Positions 1-12,184 of a DNA stretch of 64,000 nucleotides are shown here, one piece after another. Every line of letters starts with the position of its first letter. Position 1 is the first letter of the stretch. The stretch is taken from assembly GCA_038496445.1 (NCBI GenBank), contig JALMLS010000368.1, positions 124,001-188,000 on the forward strand. Direction: 5' to 3'. The position numbers were made by a program, and so were the translations under genes. Source of the DNA: Trichosphaerium sp. ATCC 40318 (taxonomy: Eukaryota > Protista > Tubulinea). The notes beneath the pieces are model-generated. The model was not told the DNA's origin and did not search any database. It worked only from the letters and a program-made list of their open reading frames with translations.

Positions 1-3000
1 CAGCAAGATCGCTAACAATGTCTTTGAGTTCATCCTTTAGTGTTTTGGCTTTGTCAGCATCACCAGCCTTCTTTGCTTCTTCCAATTCATCGAGCTTTTT
101 GGCAGCCTTCTTGGCTTGTTCTGCAACAGGATTTGTAGCCTTTCCAGTATTTTTACCGGTGACCTTGACATCAATATCGTCTCCACCAGAAGTGATTGGT
201 TTACCATCTTTGTCAACAGCTTGTACGTTAATTGTCGTTGGTTCACCAGCTACGGCGCCTTCAATACCAGGACCTGATACTTCACAGGTTGTTTTATCAG
301 CAGCTAGTAGTAAGTATAAGGAATACGCCTGGAATGATCAAAGTCGTACGTAGCCTGACATCGAGTTTAATAGGATCGCCAACAGGTTGACCATTGATAG
401 TCAATTGACCTTCGTATGGACCCAGATTTTCAGGTTTGAACTCCAAGAGGAATTCATTATCAACTCCTGACTCGGATGGACGAATAGTTGCTTCTAATGG
501 AGGATCACCTTCTAGAGTGCAAGCAAGCATGTCACTTGGGATTTCAAGTTTGTCCTCAGGTGCCTCGTCAGCAGGAGGTACACCTGCATCAAGCAAGTCT
601 TTGAGGGCATCTTTGAGAGTATCTGTATCTCCAACAATGGCATCGAGTGGAGCATCACTATCGATATCCTTGTCAAGTTGGTCTTTTGCCTTGTCAAGAC
701 TATCCAAAGCATCAAGCGATTTCTTAGGATCGTATGGCTTGTCGCTCTTTTTAGCCTGTACAAAAATGTTATTATGGCTTATAAATATGCTGTCGTGCAG
801 TACCTTATCAGCAATATCATCAATGAGTCAGCAAGTTCATCTTTAAGCTGTTTGACCTTTGGTTCATCACCTGCCTTTTTGGCGTCTTCCAAGTCATCGA
901 GTTTGTCCAAAGCATCGTTTAGTGTATCAACAACGTCGGATGGAAGAACTCCAGTATTGAGCAAGTCAAGTAGCGAGTCCTTCAACTTGTCAGCATCATC
1001 AGATATTGTGTCAAGCGGCTCATCGCCATCAACATCCTTTCCGAGTTTATCCATTGCCTTTTCAAGGTCATCAACAGCATCAACTGGGTTCTTGGCATCA
1101 ACTGGTTTTGCCTGTTTTAAACAGTTAGATAACAATGTCAGCATTGATAACAAAAGTACCTTGTCAAGAATATCATCAATAAGATCAGCAATCTCGTCTT
1201 TGAGTTGTTTGACCTTTGGTTCATCACCAGCTTTCTTGGCTTCATCCAAATCATCAAGTTTCTTCAAAGCATCATTGGCTGCGTCAACTACATCAGATGG
1301 AAGTACTCCAGTCTTGATTGCATCGTTGAGAGCGTCTTTGAGCTTGTCAGTATCACCAGAGATGGTGTCGAGTGGTTCATCAGCATCAAGATCTTTGGAT
1401 AATTTATCCATTGCATCGGCGATATTGAGAGGAGGACAATCTTTAGCCTAAAATAAACAGTGTTACAAAAGTTGACAACAAAAAAACTTTACCTTTTTGA
1501 TGTCGTCAATGAGATCTGCAAGTTCATCTTTGAGCTCTTTGACCTTTGGTTCATCGCCGGCCTTTTTGGCATCTTCCAAGTCATCGAGTTTGTCCAAAGC
1601 TTCTTTGACTTTATCAACAACGTCAGAAGGCAGAACGCCAGTGCTGAGTAAGTCAAGAAGAGGATCTTTCAACTTATCAGCATCGTCTGAGATAGTATCA
1701 AGTGGAGCATCAGTGTCAACATCTTTGCCGAGTTTGTCCATTGCTTTATCAAGGTCGTCAAGAGCATCAAGACCTTTCTTGGTGGCTGGTTTGACCTGAG
1801 AATGTAATTTTAGTAAAAAAGGTTGCACAGTTCAAACGTACCTTATCAGCGATATCATCAATGAGATCAGCGAGTTCATCTTTGAGTTGTTTAACCTTTG
1901 GTTCATCACCGGCTTTTTTGGCATCCTCCAAGTCATCGAGTTTGTCCAAAGCTTCTTTGATCTTCTCAAGAACGTCAGATGGAAGATCTCCAGCACTGAG
2001 CAAGTCAAGAAGCGAGTCCTTCAACTTGTCAGCATCACCAGATATTGTGTCAAGCGGTTCGTCGCCATCAACATCTTTTCCAAGTTTGTCCATTGCTTTT
2101 TCGAGGTCATCCAAAGCATCACCAACATTTTTCTTGTTTGCAGGCTTTGCCTATTAAGGTTTTAGAACAGTATTCATAGAAGTGCAATTGTGTCTTGTAA
2201 ACAAATTTTTACCTTATCAAGAATGTCGTCAATAAGATCAGCAATCTCGTCTTTGAGTTGTTTGACCTTTGGTTCATCACCAGCTTTCTTGGCTTCATCC
2301 AAATCATCAAGTTTCTTCAAAGCATCATTGGCTGCATCTACAACATCAGATGGAAGTACTCCAGTCTTGATCGCATCGTTGAGAGCGTCCTTGAGCTTGT
2401 CAGTATCATCAGAGATGGTGTCAAGCGGTTTATCAGCATCAACATCTTTGGACAATTTATCCATTGCATCAGCAATACCAACCAATGGACTCTCCTTTGT
2501 CTGAGAATCAGTTAGCATTTGATCAATAAAAATAGAAAAATGTACCTTATCGACAATGTCGTCAATGAGTGCTGCAAGTTCATCTTTGAGTTCTTTGACC
2601 TTTGGTTCATCGCCGGCCTTTTTAGCATCTTCCAAGTCATCAAGTTTGTCCAAAGCTTCTTTGACTTTATCAACAACATCAGAAGGAAGTACTCCAGTGC
2701 TGAGTAAGTCGAGAAGTGGATCTTTCAACTTATCAGCATCGTCAGAGATGGTATCAAGCGGAGCATCAGCATTGACATCTTTTCCGAGTTTGTCCATTGC
2801 AGCGGTTATGTCATCAGCAGCTTTTAAGGCTACATCAGCATCCGAAGGGAAGGCAAGAGCATCTGACTTGGCTTTGTCGCCAATATTGAGAAGAATATCG
2901 TCTAAATCGTCTTTCAATTGTTTGACCTTATCCTCATCGCCAGCTTTCTTGGCTTCACTCAAGTCGTCAAGTTTGTTCAAAGCATCATTCGTGAGTTCTG

Positions 3001-6000
3001 TGAGAGCATCAGTCGGTCTCACACCAGCGCTAATACCAGCAGCAGGAGGAGCAACATCGGCCTTAAGCAAATCTTGGAGAGCATCTTTAGTGTTTGCAAT
3101 ATCAAAGGTGAGCACATCCACTGGAGCATCAGCACCAATATCGGCTGAGAGTTTATCCAATGAAGTAGCAAGAGTTCCAAGTGCCTTTGGAGCTGCTTTA
3201 GCCTACAATTGTGTCAGTGAATACAACCAACGAGGGGAGGGGTAAAAGACAAGGTACCTGTTCACTAACATCTGCGAGTAAAGAATCGAGCTCTGCCTTG
3301 AGTTGCTTGACTTTATCGTCATCACCAGCACGCAAAGCGGCTTCCAAGTCATCAATTGCTTTCAAAGCGTCATTGGCCTTGTCAACAGCATCAAGAGGTA
3401 AGATACCAGCCTTGAGCAAATCAAGGAGTGCATCCTTCAAGTTATCGAGATCAGCGCAAAGCGTGTCAACTGGAGCACAGATATCCATGTCGGCATTTAA
3501 TTTGTCCATTGCTGGTCCAAGGTTGTTGAGAGCTTCAAACGCCAAATCAGACTTGTTGTTACAATCTGGGAGGAGTAACTCAAGATCTTCGTGGAGACGT
3601 TTGAACTCGAGGTCATCACCATCCTTCAAAGCGAATTCCATGTCGTCAAGCTTTTTCAAAGCCATTGTAATCGTCTTTGGTACGAAAACAAGCTCTAGAG
3701 TTGGCTCGTCTTTGCCGTTTTTAATAACAAGACGAATAGGTTGGTCGAGACCGAACAAGATGTCTTGCTGAGGCATGTCAATGATTAAATCATCAATAGG
3801 AATATCTACAAAAAACACACAAGTCAGACAACAACACCAACGACAATTAAACAAGATATAGTTTTGTACCTGCTTCAGCAGCGAATGTAATAGGTGTTCC
3901 ACCGAGGTCAATGTCTTCAAGCTTGGCAGTAAGGGTGTAATCACCGGCATCAGGTACAGTGAAGATACACAAGTAAGTGCCGTCTTCATTGTCCTTGATT
4001 GCGACAGGCACAGAGCTCTTTGGACCAACAAGTTGGATTTCGAGAGTGTCTCCTCCTGTAACGCGAACAGAATCATCTGCATCACGCATGACAACAGTGA
4101 ATTCAAATTGCTCGTTGGCAGTAACACGGTCAAAGTCAGCGTTGACCAAACAGTTGGCTGGTGAGGTAGCGCCTGTAATCTCAAGTGGATGGCACTCAAG
4201 GAGAACAGTGTCGAACAGAGCGATGGATACTTCGTAAGTACCAGGTACATTTGGCGTAAAAGCGAGATCGAATGTACCAAGATCTTTTGGTGTTAACTCG
4301 ACTGGGTACAATTGCTAGAGGAACGCCAGTTAGAAGTCAATACGTAAATATACAAGAACCGTCTACAAACTACGTACACCTTGAGGACCCTTCAAAATAA
4401 CAGTAATTGCCGTAGCAAACTTTGCGTTGAGGGGTTGGTCGTTGACATCGTTCAGTGGGAACTCAATATGTACAGGTTGTCCAAGGATACCGCCGCGAGC
4501 GCCCATGCCAATGAGCACAACTTTTTTGAACACTGGCAATTCTAGACACGTGGTAAGAAACACTACAACCAAACAGACGAAAAAAAAAAGAGTACCTGTG
4601 CAGCGCACAGTGATTGGTGCTACCAGTTTCATATCATACAAGTTGATTTGTACGAGTATATTTCCGAGCTTGGTCGGTGTGTAGGAAACGATGAATGCGT
4701 CGTTTTTCCTTTGCACATCCACTTCAAGATCTTCATTGTCTTGAGTGACGAGCACTTTGAATGCTTCAGCAGGTATATCAGAAATGATATTGCCATTGCT
4801 ATCCTTAACAATGATGGTGTATACTGCCTTCAAGTTAACGAATACTTGGAAGACACCATATCCAGATAAGACGCATGTCATTTGATGATCTATCAGAAAA
4901 GATTAGACAACCGGCTTCTACAAAATAAAAAGAATCAAAATAAAGGTCACGTGCCTGGAGAAACCCATCCGTTCCAAGGAGAACCTTGTACAGGATCACC
5001 GTCCACGAGAGCAACATTAATTGATAGCTCAGACATTTTTGTTGGTAAGTACTCGACAATGTATTCGCCGTTACCGTTATCGTGTATCTTGTGCTCCAAT
5101 ACACCCTCCACAACAGAAACAATAGCGATTTCAAATTGACAACCACCAGTTTTGATTGGTTCTCCAGCAGCGTTCTTCGTTACAATTTTAAATTGAGCAG
5201 TCTTGTTCATTGGTGGATGAATCATGTTTTGTAGTTCGCATTTGGAGGCATCTGGTCCTTCGCAAACTTCCAAGTCGAGGCCAGCAGTGATAGGCTTGCC
5301 ATAAGCACTAATCTTCACCTTGTATTTACCAGGAGAGGCGACTTTGTAGCACAGAGGGTATGCAGGGCTTTCTGGCGTGCTAGATTCGAGCACGGTGCCT
5401 TCTACATTTTCAGGACCTTCGAGGGTGATGGTGATGAGATCGTTGTCCAATCCAACTGGCTTGCCATCTGGACCCGTGCACTTGAGGTTTGCAAACGAAA
5501 TAAGGACGTTTGCTAGACCAACAGGTCGCATACCGGATAGTCCGTATTTGGAACCAGGTGGAGGTCCTCCAGCTAGAGAAACAGGTTAGTCTTTCGAAAC
5601 ACCAATTGAAGAGATAAACAAAGGGCACATACCAGGGAAGACTTCCACTTTGAGGTCATCGCATACTGGACGCTCATAAGCCTGAATTGAAACAAGATAT
5701 GTGCCAACAACCTTTGGGGTATACGAAATGGTAATAGAACCGTCATCGTTGACCTTCATATCAGCAGTAATGTCAGCAGGACCGGCCAATTTGACAACCA
5801 AGTGTTCAACGTCAAAAGGCACAATTTCTCCTTTAGGATTGACTAGTTTGATTGTACCGAGCGTGTTGTCCATGTCAGTAGTTCCTTGTCTATCAACGCC
5901 ACCCAACACAAATTTACAACCACGTGGTGGGCCAACTAAGTAAGCAGTGTTAATAGCAAAGCAGCAATAACAGCACTGGTAACCGTACCTTTGTCGACCT

Positions 6001-8390
6001 TGATTGGAATTGGAGCTGCAATAGGCTTACCAAATGCTTTAATGAGCAAGGTGTAGTCGCCTTCTGTTGGAGCGGTGTAGAGAATTTCCAAACCTTCATC
6101 GTTTGGTACTAGTTTGCACTCAACAGTGTGTGGGCCGTCAAATGAAATCTCGAATTGTTCTGGATCCGGTTTAATTGTAGCACCGTTCTCATTAGTGCAC
6201 TTGATGACACCAAAGGAGCACTCTGCTTGAGCCTGTCCAGTGGTTTGAACATTGATAATAGCACACTTTGTGGTGGCTTGAGCTTTAAAAGAAAAGTAAG
6301 AAACAAATACAGGAATGCATTAATATAAAAAATTCCCTTAGAATAATGGAGTAGGTACCTGTACAGTTACATTTAAGAGGAGCACTGAGTGGTTTCGAAA
6401 AGTACATCAAAGTAATCTCATGCTCGCCAACCAAACGAGGAGTGAACTCAAGAATGTGTTTACCCTCGCCGTCATCAGACCAGGTACAGTCTAGCTCTTC
6501 ACCGTTGCTGTCCTTGATGACAATGTCAAAAGGATTGCCCTTCAACACAATTTTCTCTTCTGCGTTGTTTGGGTCTTCCAACCACATTTCAATCTTGGCT
6601 GGTGCGTTCAAATTGCAGCTGCGAAGTGCGCCACTACATTTCGGTACTACAGCATTAGGTGCCTTCAATAGCAGACACTTGACTGGCATGTCTCTGATTG
6701 GTGAGCCATCTACACTCACATTGATAGTGTGCAACCCTTCGCCTGTAGGAGTGTATACGCAATTGAAGTTGCTTCCATCTTGCTTCAACTCGACCTAGGT
6801 TGCTGGTAAGCGCACTCGAACATAAAACAAGAAAACCCAAAAAAACCAGCGTATAAAACGCTTCATACAGTGATAGGTGCATCGTCAAGGGTAATGTCAA
6901 CCGTAACCTCAACTCCTTTAGTGATTTCAGCGCCATCTGGGCCTTTGACAGTAACGACAAACGAGGTAGGTGTCCCTTCACCCAAACGTTGCTTTTTCTC
7001 TATACCAGGTCCAGAAACCTCGCATTTACTTGGATCAGCAAGTGATACATCATCTAAAGACGGTTTTAGAATACCTCTAAATTGTCTATTTTGGCGTATT
7101 GGTGCGCCATTAAGGAACAGATGCTTTTCTAGCGTGTGCATACCTCCAGTGTTCGTAGTTTGAAGCGCTGCGCCTTTCTGTTGAAAGTATGATACGTATG
7201 TCATGATAGAAAGGTCATCAGGGTACTCAACCATATCTAACAAAGGGTTTAATTCGATTCTAACGGGTAAAGGCTAAAAATACAAGCACACACCTTCAGG
7301 CAACATCAATTTTGGTACGCCGAACTCTTTCTCGGCGCAATCCATAGCCCTACCAACATCTGCGATAGCATTGCCCTGCAGCAGGGTTAGTAACGGTTAT
7401 TTCGAAGGAAATACAAAATGAGTAGCATTTATCCAATCTGCTTTGACATTTTGTCTGAAAACATACCGTCATGCCCTCAACCGGACAAACGCCAGGCTTC
7501 AAACTATCTGTAAGCGCAGTGAGGACTTTACCATCAGTCCAAGCATCTTTAAAGTTCTTTACAGGGAAAGGTAGTTGTCCGGTGATCCAACTAGTAAAAG
7601 CGTTAGTATAATCGTTTTTCGTTCAACTAAAAATGGCGTCTAGGCGGCAATAAAGCCAAAACGAGTGCAGAAAAAAAAAACAACGCCAACGTACTCTAGT
7701 AGATCGTATTTTGGGGAGCCACCGCCGGTTCCCTAACAAAAAATTATCAGAAAAAGCAGTAAGACTACAGAAAATGCGCAAAATAGCGTACCTTTTGAAT
7801 ATGGTAACGAAGGATTAATGTCCATATTAAACCGAGAATGAGTTTAAGATTGCCGCTGTGAACATCTAAAATTGACGATGTGTCAGCTGGTGGCAAAAAG
7901 TGGTTATAAACTAATACAAGCGCGTACCGCTGGGTCCAATGTTTTCTAATCTGAGACCTTGGTGTTTGATAAATTTTAACGCCTAAAAATGGGTGTCAAT
8001 CAATGTACACAACGCGCCGCTAATCGCAGTGATAGAGACGTAAATAAGCCGAAAAAACAAAATCTGTTCCAGAAAACAAAAGTAGGCCTACCTTGTTCAA
8101 ATTCTCTAGTTTCTGTATCTTTATCTTTGGTTTCTTGTTCCATCGCGGTACTTTGTTTATTGAGATGATTTCGAGCAAGTTAATGAGGTTGACACCGTCA
8201 GCAAAGTCGGTTTGAATATCTTCAACCTTTAGCATGCGTTCTAAGAGGTACTGGTTGCACCATCCAGTAAACGTCTATTACAAGTGCTATCAGCAAGAAG
8301 AATGCGCGTCAAGAAAAGGAGTTTATTAGCACTCTTCTTAAAGTGCCGTACCCTCTTCTGTGTAAGAACCCATCCTCGTTCTTCGGACAT
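1..8390 (-). CDS. Giant filamin/ABP-120 (gelation factor)-like actin cross-linker: 2 CH domains, multiple filamin Ig repeats and tandem acidic helical repeats; runs off the left edge
   Basis: ATG at 8390 gives MSEERGWVLTQKR|TFTGWCNQYLLERMLKVEDIQTDFADGVNLINLLEIIS (CH1), followed by GNLKLILGLIWTLILRYHIQ and PDDLSIMTYVSYF (CH2). Filamin motifs include DPSKCEVSGPG, DNGNGEYIVEYLP and DNEDGTYLCIFTVPDAGDY. Many GT-AG introns join the ORF pieces. Confidence 0.9.
803..3660 (-). repeat. Tandem array of about 9 helical protein repeats (85-100 aa each), mostly one repeat per exon
   Basis: The consensus MDKLGKDVD.D.PLDTISDDADKLKD.LLDLL.TGVLPSDVVD....ALDKLDDLEDAKKAGDEPKVK.LKDELADLIDDI recurs. The DNA of exons ~1160-1415 and ~2212-2470 is near-identical. 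Confidence 0.9.
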
Positions 8391-9176
8391 GTTGCAACGT
8401 TTGTTGTTTTTTTTTAATTTATTCTATTTGGGCGCCAGAATACAAATACGGCAATACTACTAACGCGACACACCTTTTTGTATTCTCCGTATCGCATGGT
8501 AGTGAGCGATAAGGCTTTAAAAAGGGACAACCTTAAAAATTCGATAGCGTCATTTTTTAACGAAAACAGTTGCAAAACAGGAACACTATGTGATAGCGAA
8601 CTTAAATTATCCCGGTAGTTTGCGAGTAGGCAGCCTATAAAAGGAATTTAACTGTAACCGCAATATTTTCTATTAGACGGCACGAAAACATTGTAGCGAC
8701 CTGAAGTTTGTTATGTACGCCGTAGGGAGCTTCTCAGTTTTTCCAAGGGTAACGCAATTGGACTTTTGTCATTTTGGGAAGAAACTAGACACTGTCTTAG
8801 GCCCATACAACGTGTAGAATACCTTTTCGTAAATACTGTCATAGCGTAAAAACAACCAGGCTCCTGTTACAGCCTCTACTCCGATAGCGTTACACAGTGG
8901 CGTTATGTATACTGCGATTACCTACGTTCTTGCTCTTTTCTACGTGCTGTGACATAATCGTAAACACACAAGCGAGTTGTACTCTAACGATTTTTGAAGA
9001 TAGAGTAGTTGACATCCCGCGCCTGCGAACCTCTTACATTTTATACACTTTGATAACGAACTCGGTATGCCATACAGTATGCTTTATTTTTCACTTAGGC
9101 AACAGCAATGAAAAACAGGGCTGCGCAGTAACGAGGTTCTTATTATTTAAAAACCGCCTTAAAATTGATATAAAAT

Positions 9177-11918
9177 CTATTCGACGCGCTCGTATTTAAT
9201 TCGCTTTCTTCTCATGTAAGCCCATGCGATGAATCCGATAATGGCGGACAACACTACAAGTGATGCAATAATGATGAGGACAATGTACTCAAATGGAATT
9301 GGTTTCTCCTCTGTAAAAAAAGTGTGAGCCACGGCACAGCACAGCAAGAAATATTGGGTGATGGTGGAAAAAAAAAACAACTTGTTGTGTTGGACGTACT
9401 GTCGCACATGATGCCTTCGTATTTTGAGGTACATTCACAAACACCTTGCTTTGGACCAGACTCGTTACAAGTACCCTCGCCAGAGCAGTCTTTACCACAA
9501 ATAGAGTTGAACCAAATGTCGTAACGGATATCATCAGTGCCAGTGTTCTTGACAGCAATGTACCACACGCCATCAGGGGCAGAAGCGTCATAAAATCCTG
9601 GAACACCTTTTTCGCAACCCTACATACGCACATCAGTAAAAAGAACAAAACCAAAAGGGTAGCAAATCCAAAAAAAAAAAACAGAATAGTACCTCGTTGT
9701 TACAACCAACAACATCATTCGACTTGGAGTCAATAGGATAGACAGTTGGCAATTGACCTCTTCTGGCAGCAAATTTTGGGTTACCGTCAGCGTTAGGGTG
9801 TTCGGCAACAGAAAATGTCAAAGTCATGTTTTTCGCTTGGTCTACTACGTACTAAAAAGATGGTTATTCATTGTTGTCAAGCACACGCAAATTATTGTTT
9901 TGCCGAACTTTAAATGGTTTAAAAAAAAACCCCCAGTGGGTACGTACACGAATGTATTGTACTTCCTCTTTCTTGAGCACAATACCACCTTCAGTGACAA
10001 CAGCACCAGGTGATACGTTTGTTGTGTTTCCAGAAAGTTTTGTTGCGCATTCAGGTCCGAATTTGCCTTCGTCACACTTGGTCGCATTGATTGAAACAGT
10101 CGCGTTTAGGAGTTTACTGCCGTTGTTGCGGAGAGCAATTACCCAAAGACCAACTGCAGGGTTATCTATATTGATGATTTGCGATTCGTCAGTCCTTTCG
10201 AAACCAGGGAAGGATGGGACAGCAGCATAGGCGCCAGTCACAAGCACATCGTCTTTGTCGGCCGTTAATTCAATAGCCACTCTGCCGATTAATTTATCCG
10301 CGGTTGCGTTCAAGCTAGCGTAAATGGTTTGGCCAGCTTGCAATGCGAGCACTAGCTTAGTTGTGTCAAGCGCCAATTCGGCTACGCTCTCACATTTATC
10401 ATCAACTGGAACCTCGTTTGCGAGACAATATTTACCTGCAAACAACGTATAAGCACAACAACAAACGGAATAAAATAAAATAAATAATAGTTTTTGGTCA
10501 TTGACGCCGTACCGACTAGGCTAACTTGCACTACTTGTGAGGTGTAGTTCATTTCTTTATCTTGCTCAGCGTACGCAACAGCAAGGGTGTATACAGCGTC
10601 GATACCTTGGGTAAAGGAATTAGCATAAAAAAAATAGGGAACAAGTAGGTGGGCACAGTTGCGTACCTGTACCACTTTCAACCAGGAGCTTTGTTACATT
10701 AAATTGATCAGCAGATACAATAATGAATTCAACACTGCGCTTAGCTGTGGTTGGAGCAACTGGTGCCGTTGGTGCCAATGTTGTTGGGGGAGCTGTTGGA
10801 GTCAATGTAGTTGGCGGAGCTGTTGGTGCCAATGTTGTTGGGGTTGCCGTTGGAGCCAATGTTGTTGGAGGAGCCGTTGGCGCCATTGTTGTTGGTGGTG
10901 CCGTTGGTGCCAATGTAGTTGGAGGAGCTGTTGGCGCCATTGTTGTTGGTGGTGCCGTTGGAGCCAATGTTGTTGGAGTCTCTGTTGGAGCCAATGTTGT
11001 TGGGGTTGCCGTTGGAGCCTCTGTTGTTGGAGGAGCTGTTGGAGTCTCTGTTGTTGGTGGCGCTGTTGGAGTCTCTGTTGTTGGTGGAGCCGTTGGTGAT
11101 GTAGGTTCTATTGGGACAACTGGAGCTGCTGTTGGAGTCTCTGTTGGTGGAGCCGTTGGTGATGTAGGTTCTGTTGGGACAACTGGAGCTGGTGTTGGAG
11201 CGGCTGTAGGAACAGGTGCTCCTGTTGGGACAACTGGAAGTGCCTTTAGTAGGGCATAGGCGTGACAGCCGGTGCTCCATCCGTCAACATCTGTAGGTAC
11301 CTATTGATGATTTAGTTCCCAGGCCGTTTTATCAAGTGTTGTTTTATTTTTTCGGAAAAAGTGGTTTACACAAAAAACAACAAAATCATAAAAGTTACGT
11401 ACAGACACTTCGCGCACAAGGCAAACTACCATATCTCTTGCCTCATCGTCAACCGAGAGGGTGACATCGAGTCTATTATTCAATAACAATGGAAGAACAT
11501 ATTGACCTTCCAATGATGTTTGTATGTTGTCGCCCATACCTCCTTCCAAGGTGTCGTCAAACTCAAATTTATACTCTGAACGAATGAGTTAGAGGCTGAA
11601 TGAACTATTTTGGGAGAAACTGAGTGTATTTATGAGTCTTCTTATATTTTTGTGAGAAAAATCACTGGAATGTTCCCGTATAGGTCTGTTTACTACGCCG
11701 TTGGTATGACGAACAAAATTGAAGCGTAACGAGAGACCACGCGCAAAAAATTTCTGATCGTGTTCTGATATCAAGTAACAAGCGCAAAAGGGAAACATTC
11801 AGCGTAAAAAAGTGCCCCAAGCTCCATTAAATAACGTATTCAGTTTAGACGTGCCTTCAATAGCGAGTGTTAAAGCTAGTACGGCAATTGCCACTAGGGC
11901 AAGGTACGTTGCTTTCAT
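9177..11918 (-). CDS. Type I membrane protein: signal peptide, Pro/Thr mucin-like repeats, beta-rich ectodomain, EGF-like domain(s), TM helix, short tail
   Basis: Signal-like start [19 protein letters not shown]; PTAPPTTLA repeats; EGF-like [33 protein letters not shown]; TM segment [25 protein letters not shown] followed by RRKR and YERVE. Confidence 0.75.
10745..11240 (-). repeat. Coding minisatellite with a 27-bp unit (PTAPPTTLA / PTAPPTTET)
   Basis: GTTGGAGCCAATGTTGTTGG..GC-type units repeat more than 10 times, producing long ORFs in several frames. Confidence 0.9.
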
Positions 11919-12184
11919 AATTTTTTTGTTTTCTTACCAACGTGTGGTTTTGAGTAGTTGGTTAAGAGCTTTTTTTTAATATGGAGCATTTGGCGGGCAA
12001 ATTTTCATAGCCTGAGGGTACGAATTCACGTAGTACTAACCCTATCTTGAATACACCACACTCAAAAGGGCATTCCCCAAACGACAAAAAAACTGAAAAA
12101 TCCCAGGTTAGTTTTAGATCAAAGTAGCGCCTTTAACAAAAACGCTTATTTTTACGTTATAAAACGTTGTTACACTTGATATTA

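Noticed and set aside
18-3771. Long Ser-rich plus-strand ORFs (e.g. 678-1451, 2556-3245)
   Set aside because: These are antisense shadows of the Asp/Lys/Leu-rich minus-strand repeat exons.
10659-11280. Cys/Trp-rich, Gly/Val-rich and Asn-rich ORFs over the minisatellite
   Set aside because: They are alternative frames of the PTAPPTT repeat. Only the Pro/Thr frame splices into the surrounding gene.
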